Shown here piece by piece: positions 46,954 to 58,960 of a DNA stretch of 64,000 nucleotides. The DNA lies in NCBI GenBank assembly GCA_019828565.1, contig JAHDYR010000007.1, forward strand, positions 256,273 through 320,272, given 5' to 3'. A model generated the notes under the pieces. It was not told the origin of the DNA. It worked only from the letters and a program-made list of their open reading frames with translations, and did no database searches. The first letter of the stretch is position 1, and each line of letters begins with the position of its first letter. Both the position numbers and the translations under genes were made by a program. The stretch is from Carpediemonas membranifera BICM. Taxonomy: Eukaryota; Protista; Fornicata.

Positions 46954-49900
46954 TTAGCGCTGCCTATAGGAAGCTAATTTCCTTTGACCTCGGAGTTTTC
47001 TGCGCAAACTCGGTTTGTCTGCGAGGTACTCCTCAAACGCCCTAAGTTCATCAAGGTCGGCGTTGAAGCGTTCCCATGTCGCCTCTTCCTCGAGGTACCC
47101 CTCCCACAGCACATGTAGGTGAAGGACGCCGTCCTCAAATTTGTGAGAGTCGATCGCTTCTACGACATATTCGTCAACTCTCTGGGCCGCGAGCCGTGTC
47201 AACTCAGCCCTTGTCGCGTCAGACTCAAAATGTCTTAGACGCTCGGCATGGACCTTAGCCACTACGCCTGTCGTCAGGTTCTCCACGAAGTAAACGTTCG
47301 GCGACTCTGCGGGTCCCTGGCACCACATTGGCCCAGCCAGCTTCGTGCGGCGGCCGACAGTGGTCGTTACCAGCACTGGCTTGTTCGATAGGGCCACGTG
47401 CGATGCTTCTGCTGGTGTTTGTTGTTGCAGCGCCTGGTCTTGGATGACTCTCTGTAGTTCCAGGCTGCGCTTGAAGGCCTCAAATGGCATCTTGCTCTCA
47501 TTGCTCATGATCTCTTCTGGTCTTACGACCACGTCTTGGTTATAAAGCAAATTCAGTGGCGATAGGCCTGTCCTGGCCACAGATGTTGAATTAATGATGT
47601 ACTGAGCCAAAGGTAGTAGCCGTGTCCATCTAAACTCCTGCAGATCGAGCATTAGCGTCTCTAGATGCCTCTTAACCTCGGCGTTGACCCTCTCAACTAT
47701 TCCTTGAGAACCCGGGCGGTAAGGCGTGCCGACGTGATGTTGCGACCCGAGCCTTTCCATTAGAGCGTCAATCAGCTTATTTCTATACTGGCTGCCCCCG
47801 TCGCTGTGAATCACCCGGGGAATTCCGTAGTGACCCACCCAGGCCAAAATTGCCCCTGCCGCGGCATCTGCGTCCGTCGAACGCGTGGGGACCAGCATAG
47901 TTAGCTTCGAGTACGTGTCAATTAACACGCACACGTACCGCAGACCCTCGCTCTCCGCGATGGGTCCGATCGTGTCTACCTGCACGACATCAAACGGCAG
48001 GCGACCTGCCGTACGGTGGCGCAAGTGTTGGACGGGCTTGGCCGTCTTGCGCGTGACCTGGCACACAGGACACGACTGGACAAACTCCTCTGCGTCCTTA
48101 TACATGCCCCTCCACCTCCTACCGAGCGATATAAGCTTGTTCACCGTCGCTCTCGCTCCGAGATGGCCGTGTATGCCTCCGTGAACCTCGGAGATCCACG
48201 TGGCGTGATCATCTGCCTCGACTGTTGCACCGCATAGGCGAGATAGCGCGTCGGCAGCACCGTTCGCTTGACCAGGCACGTGTACGACGGAATAGTCGAA
48301 CCTTTCCAGTGCCATGCGCCATCTAGTTACCTTAGCGTTCGTGCTTGTCGCGATATACAGCAAATTCCGGTGGTCCGTTCTCACAGTAAACGGCCTGCCT
48401 ACTAGGAACCGCTCGGCCTTGATCATAGCGTAATAAATGCCGAAGCCTTCCTTTTCATAGGTGCTCCACCTTCTTTGAACATCCGATAGTGTCTTGGAAT
48501 AGAAAGCAATCGGACGCTCCTCCCCGCCTTCGATCTGTAACAAAACTGCCCCGACAGCGTAGTCACTCGCGTCGGTTTGTAGGATTAATTGGCAGCCACG
48601 CTTGGGGTGACTTAACATGTTTTTCTGAGATAGGGTCGCTTTGATGTCGACTAGGGCATCTTGTTGGGCCTTCTCCCAACGGAACTCTTCCTTGGCTCTC
48701 GTCAGAGCCAGGACTGGCTCCATCATATTGCCGTAGTTCGGAATCATATGGCTAAAATAGTTCGTGAACCCGAGTAAGGTTCTGACTCCGGCAACATCTC
48801 TCGGGCTGGTTAGGCGGTCGATGCCTTCTAGGCGGTCAGGCGCGATTCGCTTGCCGTCGCCATTCACAAGCCAGCCCAAGTATTCTATTTCTGTCAGTCC
48901 GAACTCAGACTTGGACAGATTCAGCTTCAACTTGGCCGAGTTGAGCTTTCTCAAGACATAGTCCAGATTGTCGAGGTACTCTCTCTGGTTCTCTCCGAAT
49001 ATTACTATGTCGTCTACATATGCGAGACACCGTGTCCACAGTGCATCGCCCAGTGCGGATTCGAGGGTCTTCTGACAGAAGGCTGCGGCCCCTTTGAGTC
49101 CGAAAGCTAAACGCTTGTACTGGTACTTACGCTTCCCAACTGTAAACGCCGTTAGTCTGCGTGAGCTCTTGGTCATAGGAATCTGGTGAAAGGCCTTGCT
49201 TAGGTCCAGCTTAGCGAAGAGGGTCTTACCCTCTAGTCTTGCTACCAGATCGTCAATGATAGGGAGGTCGTGATCGAAGTCCTCCGTCGCGTCGTTAAGG
49301 CGCCGAAAGTCCAAGCAGAGCCTGCGGGTGCGATCGCGCTTCCATACAAGCACCGTAGGATTGTTATAGTTGCTCGTAGACTCCTCAATCACATTCAGAT
49401 CCTCCAGCTGCGCCGTCTGGCGCTGCATATCCTCTCTTTCTTCAGCCGAGACGCGGTATGGAGGGATGTTGATAACCTTCTGGTTTGTAAGAACCAGTTC
49501 GAAGGGTGGAACGTCTGCTGGCTGCGAAATGTCGCCGAGAACGTCTTTGTACTTGCTTAGGATGGTATTAGTCTCTTCAGGGAAGCTACGTATCTGTAGT
49601 TCGTGCTCCGCTTCAGCAAGGGTAAATAACGTCTCATCTACTTCATCTTCATCAAGCTCCGCGAAGTGTGGCTCTCCAGAATTCTCCATCGTCGGCTTGA
49701 CGATCGTGATTAGCCCCAACGCACTTAAAGTCGATATTCCCATAACTAATGTCGGCTTCAGCCCGGGTAGCACCCGCAAATTGAGAGCAGCTTGAGTTCT
49801 CCGCCCAGTAGATGGCAACACTCCAAAATCTGCACTCAACTTAACAATGCCGGGTGAGTTGTAAATCGTACCAGTGGCCAGCTTAACCTTAGCATGGTCG

Positions 49901-49965
49901 GGCTCGACGACTAGGCCGAGCTCTTTGACGAGGGATTGGGATATAAAGTCGGCAGAGGCCCCTGT
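46954..49965 (-). CDS. Element G pol (protease C-part, RT YVDD, RNase H, integrase, chromodomain)
   Basis: 961-aa ORF extends upstream to the TSD. Protease rejoins as LYDTGASA|DFISQSLVKEL. Confidence 0.93.
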   Translation of the reverse strand, partial: TGASADFISQSLVKELGLVVEPDHAKVKLATGTIYNSPGIVKLSADFGVLPSTGRRTQAALNLRVLPGLKPTLVMGISTLSALGLITIVKPTMENSGEPHFAELDEDEVDETLFTLAEAEHELQIRSFPEETNTILSKYKDVLGDISQPADVPPFELVLTNQKVINIPPYRVSAEEREDMQRQTAQLEDLNVIEESTSNYNNPTVLVWKRDRTRRLCLDFRRLNDATEDFDHDLPIIDDLVARLEGKTLFAKLDLSKAFHQIPMTKSSRRLTAFTVGKRKYQYKRLAFGLKGAAAFCQKTLESALGDALWTRCLAYVDDIVIFGENQREYLDNLDYVLRKLNSAKLKLNLSKSEFGLTEIEYLGWLVNGDGKRIAPDRLEGIDRLTSPRDVAGVRTLLGFTNYFSHMIPNYGNMMEPVLALTRAKEEFRWEKAQQDALVDIKATLSQKNMLSHPKRGCQLILQTDASDYAVGAVLLQIEGGEERPIAFYSKTLSDVQRRWSTYEKEGFGIYYAMIKAERFLVGRPFTVRTDHRNLLYIATSTNAKVTRWRMALERFDYSVVHVPGQANGAADALSRLCGATVEADDHATWISEVHGGIHGHLGARATVNKLISLGRRWRGMYKDAEEFVQSCPVCQVTRKTAKPVQHLRHRTAGRLPFDVVQVDTIGPIAESEGLRYVCVLIDTYSKLTMLVPTRSTDADAAAGAILAWVGHYGIPRVIHSDGGSQYRNKLIDALMERLGSQHHVGTPYRPGSQGIVERVNAEVKRHLETLMLDLQEFRWTRLLPLAQYIINSTSVARTGLSPLNLLYNQDVVVRPEEIMSNESKMPFEAFKRSLELQRVIQDQALQQQTPAEASHVALSNKPVLVTTTVGRRTKLAGPMWCQGPAESPNVYFVENLTTGVVAKVHAERLRHFESDATRAELTRLAAQRVDEYVVEAIDSHKFEDGVLHLHVLWEGYLEEEATWERFNADLDELRAFEEYLADKPSLRRKLRGQRKLASYRQR

Positions 49966-51128
49966 AGAAGAAAGAAAGAAAGAATTTAATGTGTCCTGCT
50001 ACTCGTCCTGCTGTGTAAGCTGAATGTCACAGTTTGTGTCACCCCTTCGAGGAACGCCTAAGCGTGTTGGTACCTCTACAGAGCACACCTAACACTTCCT
50101 AAGAGGGCGTGAACAACGGCCGTCAAGGCCTAGCTGGTACGCTAGAGGGATCCTATACATGGCCACATTAATACCCCCAAAGTTAGGCTAACCCAGGTCT
50201 TACTCTTAGGGGCCCTTTGGGTCCCAGGTCTGCCTGGCACCTACAAAGCCTTGCCCTGCACGCTGCTGTCAGGGACCTTCCGTACGTTTCCCCTCTCCCC
50301 CGGGTCCCCTAGGGAGGTCCTGGAGTTTCCTCGACCCGCTCGCCATGTTTCAGGCACCCGCCAGGGCGGGGTCGGGTCTAGAGTTCGCCGTACCAGCTGG
50401 GCCGGGTTAGGAACCCACCGACGCCGCGTAGGTAGACTTCCACGGACTTGCCGGCTGCGTTCGGGCTCATCTAGCGCTGTCCGATTTCACTCCAGGTTCC
50501 CATTATCGGGGGGAGCTCCCAGGGGCGGTTGCCACGTCTTCCAGTGTTCCTGGCTAGGCGCCGGGCCACATCAGGATGGCCCTGCCTTCCCGGCAGGTTA
50601 CCGACGGAGTGGGTAGCTTCTTGCGTCATCCAGTACCTCCGCCAGTCTGCCATGCATCATCCTCCTGGTGCGCCCCCCACTGTGTGGGGAGGGGGTACCC
50701 CCTTGCGCGCCGGAGGGATGCGCCGGACTGCTTGTCCGGACGCTTGCGCCCTACTGGCCCAGCTGTTTTGCCAGGCCTTCCCTATTTCGTGCTTGTTGTA
50801 TGCGGTTGTCCCTTAGTGGTCCTTTGCAGCCTTCCCTCCGCCTGGCGCTACCGGAACATGTGGTGTTGTCCTCATTGGTTCCAGGCCCGCTGCGCTTGGG
50901 GTCGGTGCTCGGGCCACCTTTCCAGGCCGCCCTGTGGGTTGGGCCTGTCCCCTCTTGGTGGTGGGGGAGTTGTTTCAAGTGTGATGCAGGCATCAGAGTG
51001 CTCCCCTTGCTGCGTGGGTTGGGTTGGGTGTGCGGCCGGGCGCTACCGGAACATGTGGGGGGAAAACACCTCCCGCCGGTTCCAGGAATGTTCCGCCCTG
51101 TGCCTTGTCTTCACCCAGGGCTTTCCTC

Positions 51129-54100
51129 CTAGGGGTCTGGGCCTGTTCTGAGGTTCATGAGGGCCTTTTTCCCGCATAATAGACCCTCCTTCACTGTTTC
51201 ATCCTCCTGTTGCAGTAGCCAGTGGAGCTCCAATATGGCCCTGGAGTTATACCACTCCCCATCTGGGCCGTGCCGCAGCCTACTTGCCATGGTGTGTGTT
51301 GCCGCAGCTTCCCAGCACTGCTCCCACCCACTTGGGCGGCCGACGCCCTGGCACTCCGCTATGATGTGGCTTTGTGTTCCTAGCGGTTGGTCTTCCAGCC
51401 ACCCGGCTACTGCCACTAGCGCCTGCGCCTGGGGGGGGGGTATAGTTGGAGGTAGTTGATCAATTCGTGTTCGGCTGCGAGTGTGCATATCGGGCATATT
51501 CTTTGGATACGGTCGCAGAGCATTTCCTGCCCAGGGTACCTCCTGCTTATGATGAGCGCGGCTCCTCGAGTTGTGTGGCTGTTGCTAGCGGAGGGGAGCG
51601 TGTTGGAGGCTGTTGCAACTACCCTCTTCAGCTCCCTCCTGAGCATCATCTCCCCTCTGATAATCTTTGGTTTCTTGGGTGCTCTCCCGCCTGCCATTGT
51701 TTGCATTGCCTCCGCAGCTAGCACTTCGGCGGCCGCCTTGGCTGTTCGGCTACCTTTGGTGGCGATGTCTCGTGCTGTCATCTTCCATCCCCCGGCTATT
51801 GCTCTGGGTCTGGGTCCGTGAAGGTCGCTAGGGGCCAGATCTAGTACGTTGTCTGCCCACTTGTTCAGCTTTCCGATAACGGACTTGGGGTTCGCTCTTC
51901 CCCAGTCGAAGTCCGCTAGGGGCGATGGGCGGTCAGGGTCCCGGGCCGATTCGCGGATTCTAACCGCTCTTACACCCATGTCCGCTTCCCAGCACATCCA
52001 TCCCATCATCAGGCGGGCGACACCCCCTCCACCGGGTCCGGTTCCCGCCATGAGTCCTCGCCAGTCGTTCCAAAGCCTTCTGCCTCCTGGGACTTGGCCC
52101 CCAGATTTCGATTCCGAATTCGATCTTTGGCCATAGGAAGGTGCGGAGGATGGACTCGGAGACAGCCGCGGGCGTGGAGCCTTTAGTCCATCCCACTCTC
52201 CGGGCGAGGGCGATGTACTTGTTCGACTGTTCTCTTTTCTTTGCGATGCATGCGCTGAGCGGATGAGGGCCACTTGCTATCCAGAGTCCCAAGTATCGGC
52301 CTGACTCCGCTGCTCGGGTGGCCTCCCCTTGAATTCGCACTTCCGCATTTGGATTGGTACTTATGACGATGTTCTTTCCTGGGCTGATACACAGCTTGTG
52401 TGCCACTATCACTTCCACCATTGCGGCGGTGAGGGACTCCGCATCATTTTCTTTCTTTGCCGAGATGCTCGTATCGTCTACGAACATTGCTATGATGCCA
52501 TTCCCGGGTCTGTGGTGGGTGGGGGAAGCTTCGGGTCTGGTATCTCGCCGTACTGTATTCTGAGTGACGCCTGGCTAATCCAGTTGGCCGTAAATAGTAT
52601 GAATAGGGTGGGGGCGACCACGCAACCTTGCTTGACTCCTAGGTTCGTTTCGGACCATAGGTCGGATCCCCTTACCGCAATGTAGGTCCTCTCCATTGTG
52701 CTTTGTACTGCTCTGACTAGGTGGGGGTGTACACCCATATTGATCAGCTTGCTGACTAGGATGTCCCTGGGAACCGTGTCGTACGCCTTTGCAATGTCGA
52801 GCAGCACGCTGGTCCGGTCTCCTTCTTGGTGCAGTTGGGTTAGGAGGGCGATGTGGTCTATGACTGTCTTTCCCTTCATGAAGCCGATCTGCTCTCTGGG
52901 GGTGTGCCTCTCAACTGTTGGTTTGAGCCTCCATTTGAGTACCTTCCCATATGCTCGGTAGAGGAGGGGGGGTGAGTGAGATGGGTCGGTAGGATCCTGG
53001 CAGTAGCTTATCTTTCCCTACTTTGTGTATCGGGGAGATGGAGGCGTACTTCCACGTGGTGGGTAGTTCCCCAGACTCGTATACTTTCTGGAAGAGGCAT
53101 GTGATTGCCCTGTAGGCCGCCTGGGGGAGGTCTCTCAGACATTCGCCCGTGATACCATCCGGGCCTCCTGCCGATGATTTCTTCAGGGACTTGATGGCGG
53201 CCGTGACCTCCTCCTCCGTGGGGGGTTGATCAGTTGTTTGGGCCGCCGGGATCTGGTCCCAACTAGGTGCTATGCCACTACTGACTTGGGCGTATTGCCT
53301 CTGCAGCTCCCCTAGCTATCTCGTTTTCCCTTGTTAAGATCGACCTCTTTCCTCTGAGCATCGCCGGTAGCCCTGCGTGTTGTTTCTCGTTCCAGAACCT
53401 GTGGACCTGGTTTGCTATGACCTTCTTGGTGGTCTTATACCCTGCCCTTGCGCTGTTTTCCACCTGCTGCGTCCACTCCTCCTTGAAGCTTTTCCATGAC
53501 TTCTGGAGCTCGTTGTTCAGGGTCCGCTTGATTTCCGCGGCCCCCGCTTTGTTCCATCGGGCTAGGATGAGTTGCTTCCATACGTTCTCCGGGATCCTTT
53601 TTGCGATCTCCCTGGTCTGACGTTCCTAGCGGAAGTTTGAAATCCCACCGATAAGAGTTCCCGTATTTGGTACTCGATTGTATCTACATGGAGCTCCACA
53701 TCGGGTTGCGGCCATTCCCTTGCCCTTTCCCCGTTGCGCTCTGGGAGGACATTCCAGGTGGTTGTTCCTGGGATTTCCAGCTTGGGTTTGGCCGGTTGTT
53801 TCTTCCAATGCGGTTCGTCCCAGGTTAGCTCCACTGCCCTATGGGGGGAGCCCCAATGCCCCATCTCAGCTTTGTCAATGACTCTAGCTTTGGCCCTCGT
53901 GATCCCCCCAGATACAGCTGCATAATCCAGCGTCGAGGTGGTATTCCCACTCATGTATGTGTGAGACGAGGGAAAACTAGGTCTAGATTGTTTCGCTGTA
54001 GTGTGGCGCTGGTGGCATGGCGCAGGCTCCGCGGGTCACGGTTCCAGTCCCCCATGATGATTATCTCGAAGCCGTGGTACTCTCTGACGATGTTTTCCAG

Positions 54101-54502
54101 CTGTTGGTCGAAGCGGTCTAGCTCCGCTGCGCTGCGGTCACTTGGAGGGGCGTATATGTTGATGACTGCGATAGCCCTTGAGGTTTCGAGGATGCTAACT
54201 TGAACTCGGGGGTTCGTGCCGTCAGATACTCCTACATCCCAGGTTGCCTGTGAATGTGGGCTGATCACCGTGGCTACGCCTAGGTTAATCTTGCCCTTTC
54301 GAGCCTTGATGGGTTTGGCGTGCCCTGCACATGCGTATTGTAGGTCCGCCCAACAGGGGACTACGGAGTTACCGTACCTGAATGTTTCCTGCAAGAGGAG
54401 GGCGTCCGGGCTCGTGTGCTTGCGAAGCGCTACCGCTATAGATCCGCTGTAGTCTTCATTGCCCGTTAAGTGTCCTTGGCTGTTAAGGGAGACTATTCGC
54501 AT
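51129..54502 (-). pseudogene. LINE-2 ORF2 (APE-RT-CCHC) with many frameshifts and stops
   Basis: VSLN, LLQET, INIYAP, MGDWN, LDY, LLDIAKAYD, GVKQG, FVDD, YLGLWIASG, CPIC...HIIAEC. Confidence 0.9.
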
Positions 54503-54930
54503 TCAGGTTGTTACTGCCTTAACCTGCACTCCTTATTCTGCACTACCTGCACACTTTCATCTTGTTGTTGGGGTTTAGCATCTGCATAGTTGCCTTCCCA
54601 ATGGGTGAGCGCCTATGTCGTCGTTGTTTAGCACGTTGGTGGGCCGCTTCCCGCCCTGTGGGTTGTTGGTGGGCGGCCCGGGTAGGCGTCTTCTTTGCCC
54701 CTTGATATTTCTCCAGGACCCAGAAGCATGCGCCATTCACATGGGGTGCTTGGCCAGAACGGCTGCTTCCTCCAGAGTCCCCAGACGTGGCCCAGGTTCC
54801 CTCTTGGAGCTGACCTAGGGTGTACCACCCCTTTCACTGGCCGCGCCCTCGCGGTGCTTGTCGGGACTTTCGTGCCAGTCTCTATAGCGCTTCTGGCCTC
54901 GCACATTGGCAGCATCGTTACCTAACTACG

Positions 54931-55057
54931 CATAGGTGGGAGCGACTCCTTTCGGCGCCCCTCCCAAGGCTGGAGTTCCAGCCTGCCGGACAGGCGGGTC
55001 CTCGATGGCGTTCCAACTGCCTCTTACCCGCCCCCCGGTCCCTGCGGGGAACAGGGG
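54931..55057 (-). ncRNA. LINE-2 inter-ORF structured RNA
   Basis: After TTTTCTTTTCTT come CCCTG-ttccccg-CAGGG, CCGG...CCGG, GGCTGG-aact-CCAGCC and GGGAG...CTCCC, then CCTA. Confidence 0.6.
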
Positions 55058-55156
55058 TTTTAAGAAAAGAAAAGTCACCCGGGCATTGGCGCCAGTACAG
55101 CCCTTCTGGCGGGCTCCAACGCTGCACCTATTCCGGCGCCTTCACTTCACCTAGTC

Positions 55157-58100
55157 CTACACTAACGTGCTATATATACACATCCCTTTAGACTCTGCAC
55201 TCTTCCCTCCACTGCTTTGGTATGGCTCGTTACTCATGCATCTCTTGATCTGGTTCGTCGCTCTCGTGCTCCATTCCGATGCGTAGGAGCTCTTCTTCCT
55301 CGTCGCTTCCGTTGGCGGCGGCAAGCGCCTCCTCAAGCCTGGCCTCGAGGACTCTGTTTGTTTCACGGAGCCTGAGGCTGGCTCTTTGAAGGCCTCCGAT
55401 TTCTCGGCGATGCGCTGGAGGCGCTGGCGCTCGCTCGCTCCTCTTGCTAGGGCTTCCCTTTCCTTGGCCAGCTGGCCTTGGAGGTGGGTAACCTCGTTGT
55501 TCAGCCGGGAGACTTCCTCTTCGTAATGGCTCATGATCCGCTGCCGCTCTTCTTCAGCTCTTCGCTCCACCTCCGCTTGGAAGAGGGCTTGGATGTAGGC
55601 ACCCATCTGATCGACCGTGCCCAGTCTTGGGTTTGGGGGCCTCTTCTCTTCGGCCACTCGGCGGGGGCCGGTGCTCGAAAGCCTGGCTCAGAGGCATCGC
55701 CGGGGGTTGGCCTCTTTGTGAGGCGTGAGGATCGCCTGTCCCGGGGCCGGGTGGGGGGGTTCATTCCTCTGGGAGTGGGGTAAGCAGGGCTTACCTGGTG
55801 CGCATTAGGGGTGATGATTGCCCTTGGGGTGGGGTGGGCGGGGGTTACCTGGCGCGGGTTGGGGGTGGGGTTTGTTTCCCCTTGGAGCCTGCTGGGGGAG
55901 GGGGTGGCGTTCACCTTCCTTTGAGATGGGTTCGGGGTGGGGACCTGTCGGTTCTCGGTGAGCGGGCCCTCAAGCAGCCCTAGGGCCGGCCACTCCATGC
56001 CTTGGTGAATCTCGTTGGTGAGCCTCTCCCGGTGCTCTTCGAGGCAGGCTCTAAGCGCGGCCCCTTGCCGCGGTCACAGCCTCTTTTTGCTCTCGCTGCG
56101 ACCTGTGCCCGTCGTTGTTCTGGGTGTACGGGAAGTCCCACAGGCGGATGGGGGTAGTCTCATCATGGGACTGCATCCCAGGGCCAGGGTGCCGTCGTAT
56201 TGGGGTTCGCCCAAGGCGCTCGGGCGGCGTCTTCCAGGCTCCCCTCCTTGTTCTACTGTGCGGATGCCCCAGTCTAGGGGAAGAACCGAGGGGAAGAAGT
56301 TGACATAATGCCTGGGCCCTCTATCTTGGCGCCGGAGTTCCGCGCTTACGATGAGTTTCGGGACGCCCGCTGGTGCTCTATCGCCGATGTTCACCAGGCA
56401 GTGGGTGAGCCGGTGTCTCAGCTGCTGGGCTGAGCCCCCCATGCATCATGTCATGCTTATGGAGCGGGACCAGCGAGGCTGCCTGGGATAGGGTCAGGAG
56501 CTCGGGGTGGAGTTTGACCGGGAGTTGCTCCATGACCCTGGGGTCCAGGGTGGTACGGTTGCCATAGAAGTCTGGCCAGTAGCCCTTCTCCCTTGCTACG
56601 CGGCGCCTACCGTTCCACTCGGATAGGAGCTCCACGACCAGGGGTCTCGTGCTTGGGCAGGAGTCCGGGCTGAGAACGGCTACGCCCCTCCTTTCAAGGA
56701 CCCTTAGGATTCCTTTTCCTGTGCTGAACTCTTGCGCGGTCGTGTTGGCCATGTGGATTTCCTTCGGACGCGGCTTGGTGGTAAAGATCACGTGCTGTAG
56801 TTGCCCCCAGGGGTGTGATGACCTCTCGCCCCTCTATGGCGGTTGATCTCTACAGCCAGGTCTGGGACCCCGTGTCCTACTCTAATGATGGGGCTTTGTG
56901 CCCCCGTCACTTTCCCCTCCTCGTGCGATTAGTTCCGCTCCCACATCAGCCCAGGTCCACGGGTTATACAGCATGTGGATGGCCAGGGAGAGTCTTGTGT
57001 AGAAGAGCGATACATCCGCAAGCGCACAGTGACAGTAGGCTGGTGCGTTTCTGTGATAGGGGCACAGCCCCTTGGGTTCCCTTCTCCTTTGCTGGTCGCG
57101 GGTCCAGACCTTGGCCTGCTCGGCTGCCTTCTGGACCTCCTGTGGGAGGGTCTCTCGGACCGGGCGGTCCTCCTGGGAGGGGGGGTAGAAGAGGGTGAGG
57201 GTGCTATTGAGACGGGGGTACACCGCATCTAGGCCGGCTTCATCGATTAGGTGGGTGGCTACCCATGCCCTGGCCGTGGAATCCGGTACGTATTTGGCGC
57301 TCGTGAGGACACTTCGTTCAGCTTCCACCCCTTTGGCAGTCAGGTGGATGAACGCGTTATGGTGTCCTTCGAGACGCCGGAGGGCATCGATCATTTCCGC
57401 GCACCATGTGGTGCTGTTTGGGAATGTGCTTTCGAATCCCTGGGGGCCTGCCCAGTGGTGATGTCGACGAAGGTGGCTGGGGGCAACCGTGGAGAATTCT
57501 TGAGCTCATCAGAGCCTGGTCGAGGTCGGCCACCCGAATATCTTCGCCTAACATCCCGTGCAGACTGGCGACGATATTCCCGTTGGCGGGGTCAAAGACT
57601 ATGACCGCCCCTTCGCATATGACGGCCTCATCCCCCGCCTTGGATGCGGGTTTGGACGCTTCGAAGTCAATGCACCCGATCAGCATCCTCTTGCCCTGCG
57701 GGTTGGTGAGCGGGCAGGACGGGGGAGTCTGCTGTTGGCTGACAGTTCTCTACCCCTTGGCGGGTTGACGTCACTATCACTGCCAGGGACTCTTCTGGCC
57801 GAGTCGTCGGCGTTGGGCCGGGGGCCATCTTGGGTACCCCCGGTCTCCGAGCCCGCACTTTCGCCGCTGGCATGGTGGCGGGGTTCCCCCGCTAGTTGGG
57901 TTCCAACCTGCTTCGCCCCCAATGAACGAGGGGGGGCGACTGGATCGTCCATGTTGGGTTGGCCAGTGGTCGGGTCGCCGCCGTTGTGCGGGGCAACGCC
58001 CAGGTTGCCCCCTGGTGGGTGGGTCCGTCCTTGGGCCGCCGTTGGGCGGGCTATCACCTGCACTTGCTCTGCCATTATTCGGTGGGGGGGTGACCGGGTT

Positions 58101-58960
58101 GCCCTCGTGGGGTGGGTTGTCGGTTTGCTCGTTGCCCTTGGGCGGGCCGTCCCCCTGTGGATTCGGTGGCGAGCAGCTTGGTACCCTGGTCCGCCATCCA
58201 GATGTTTGCGATCCTGCTAACGAGGGTGGAAGCGTCGCAGAGGTCCGGGTGGATGAACTCAGGGGCCGGCATTGGCCGGGTAGTAGTATCCCATGCGGCC
58301 CACAGCTCTTTGAAGCCCGGAACCGTCCAGCGAAGCACTAAGTCTTCGGCCTCACTGCGCGCTAGCTCGTCGCCGGCAATGTTGAGGGCTGAATCCGTGG
58401 GTGTCCTGCTAACCAACACAGGTCTGGTCACCCCATCGGTCCTGCTGTAGACAGCTATCGCGGAGAACATGCCACCTTTCCCAGGGCTTGACGGCCTGTC
58501 CGTCAAGGGGGGGAAGCCTCCTGCTGGGGGTCTGGGGCTAAGGGGGACGGGGGCATCCTCCCAGGCCCGACCTAGGGCCGCCCACTTGTTGTTGACGTTG
58601 TTGTGGGCTCTGTCCGCACCTGGCGCTTTCGCTGAGCCGGTTGTGGCTTGGCCGCCTGCCTTGAGGAGCCAGGCGGCGCTCTGCTGGCCGAACCTTGTCC
58701 TGATCCCAGGCCCTGTGAGGGCTTTGGTGACCTGCGGCCTTGAGAGTGCTGGCAACTAGCTCGAACAGCAAGGATCTAGCCGGTGGCGGGCTTGATACCT
58801 TGAAGTTGGCGGCGTTATCCCTCGAGAAGATCACTGTGGTGTTGTTGCACTTGGCGAGGATGGAATCGGCTGCTCTTCGGACTTTTTGCCACTCTTCGGT
58901 CGTAGCTAAGCTGTTTTCCAAGCTTGGTGAGCTCTGTTCCAGCTTCGTCTACATCATTCC
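55157..58960 (-). pseudogene. LINE-2 ORF1, frameshifted
   Basis: Blocks homologous to LINE-1 ORF1, including CPYHRNAPAYCHC, Pro-rich repeats and a coiled coil. Confidence 0.75.
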
